DNA of 64,000 nt from an uncultured Roseburia sp. (GTDB lineage: Bacteria; Bacillota; Clostridia; Lachnospirales; Lachnospiraceae). Below, one piece after another: positions 63,310 to 64,000 of the stretch. The stretch is taken from positions 4,803 through 68,802 of the forward strand of contig CANONN010000007.1 in assembly GCA_947567625.1 (NCBI GenBank), written 5' to 3'. Positions within the stretch are counted from its first letter, which is position 1. The number at the start of each line of letters is the position of its first letter. A program made the translations under genes and the position numbers. The notes beneath the pieces are model-generated. The model did not search any database. It was not told the origin of the DNA and saw only the letters and a program-made list of their open reading frames with translations.

Positions 63310-64000
63310 ATGAAAATCACACTAAAGGACGGCTCCGTAAAGGAGTATGAAGCGGCAAAGTCTGTCTATGACATTGCAAAAGATATCAGTGAAGGTCTGG
63401 CGCGGGTGGCATGCGCCGGGGAGGTGAACGGGGTGATTGTCGATCTGCGCACCGAATTGCAGGAGGACTGCACTTTAAATATTATTACGGCCAGTGACCC
63501 GGAGGGGCTTCGCGTCATCCGCCACACCGCCTCGCATGTACTGGCGGAGGCCGTAAAGCGTCTGTATCCCAATGCAAAAGTGACGATTGGGCCAGCGATC
63601 GACGAGGGATTTTATTATGATTTTGAGGCCGACCCGTTTTCGAGGGAAGACCTTGACCAGATTGAAGCGGAGATGAAAAAGATCATCAAAGAGGGACACG
63701 CGATCACCAGATTTACACTGCCAAGGGCGGAGGCGGTAAAGCTGATGCGGGAAAAAGAGGAGCCGTTTAAGGTGGAATTGATCGAGGAGCTGCCGGAGGA
63801 TGCCGAGATTTCGTTTTATGACCAGGGAGGGTTTGTTGATCTGTGCGCAGGCCCTCATCTGATGAGTACCAAGGGGGTCAAGGCATTTAAGCTGACGTCC
63901 TCCTCCATGGCGTATTGGCGCGGGGATTCTGATAAAGCGCGGCTGCAGCGCATCTACGGTACCGCCTACAATAAAAAAGAAGATCTGGCGGCGCACTTAG
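63310..64000 (+). CDS. thrS: Threonine--tRNA ligase, N-terminal part (3' end outside window)
   Basis: ATG 63310 follows GAGAGGAAGGGAA. 'MKITLKDGSVKEYE' is the TGS domain. 'IRHTASHVLAEAVKRLYP', 'EGFYYDF' and 'CAGPHL' form the editing/second additional domain. The frame is open to the window end and is not in the ORF track for that reason. Confidence 0.9.
   Translation, partial: MKITLKDGSVKEYEAAKSVYDIAKDISEGLARVACAGEVNGVIVDLRTELQEDCTLNIITASDPEGLRVIRHTASHVLAEAVKRLYPNAKVTIGPAIDEGFYYDFEADPFSREDLDQIEAEMKKIIKEGHAITRFTLPRAEAVKLMREKEEPFKVELIEELPEDAEISFYDQGGFVDLCAGPHLMSTKGVKAFKLTSSSMAYWRGDSDKARLQRIYGTAYNKKEDLAAHL

Noticed and set aside
63475-63996. 173-aa minus-strand ORF at the window end
   Set aside because: It is antisense to the unmistakable thrS N-terminal coding sequence, which is missing from the ORF track only because it runs off the window.

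Overview
This looks like a chromosomal window from a Gram-positive anaerobe. The T-box leader, a perfect CIRCE operator and Clostridia/Lachnospiraceae-type proteins point that way, but the taxon is inference. I saw no rRNA, tRNA or CRISPR array.

**Layout**
- **1-22.6 kb (GC-rich housekeeping).** It starts with the tail of a repeat-rich surface protein and a ThiF/MoeB-like E1 enzyme. Next is a tetrapyrrole operon (hemA, sirC, hemC, cobA-hemD, hemB, hemL). Then come nifS-nifU, an Rrf2 regulator, a YitJ-type methionine enzyme and an atypical MIP channel. The rest is a FIST sensor plus soluble MCP pair, an HD hydrolase, a stand-alone LytTR regulator, patB, and sufC with a SufB/D-family gene.
- **22.6-45.6 kb (visibly more AT-rich accessory island).** It opens with an intact TnpB-like ORF whose three RuvC catalytic positions appear substituted. 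It closes with an Rpn/PD-(D/E)xK transposase-like gene. Between them are about 17 cytoplasmic glycan-modification genes: a TagF-like enzyme, GT2, GT4 and GT32 glycosyltransferases, three FkbM methyltransferases, a sugar aminotransferase, a TylM1-like N-methyltransferase, a sulfotransferase-like gene broken by an in-frame TAG, a HAD hydrolase and an epimerase. No exporter or priming transferase is present.
- **45.6-64 kb.** This stretch holds htpG behind a perfect CIRCE and an M14 peptidase. It also holds a bile-salt-hydrolase-family gene and an LRR / VWA-like / MoxR AAA+ trio. These are followed by a COG3044 ABC-class ATPase, a TetM/EF-G-like GTPase fused to a Rae1/YacP NYN nuclease domain, and rsmF. 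A double-receiver response regulator and a T-box leader with the start of thrS complete the window.

**Most interesting observations**
- The nuclease-dead TnpB-like gene is a candidate TldR-type RNA-guided regulator.
- Two families of dispersed structured intergenic elements show compensatory base changes.
- A roughly 80-aa Rossmann-like module recurs 11 times in the island.
- The translational GTPase-NYN fusion has, to my knowledge, no described function.
- A possible -1 slippery site, an in-frame amber codon, and a composite tandem-repeat spacer inside the hem operon are also worth a second look.
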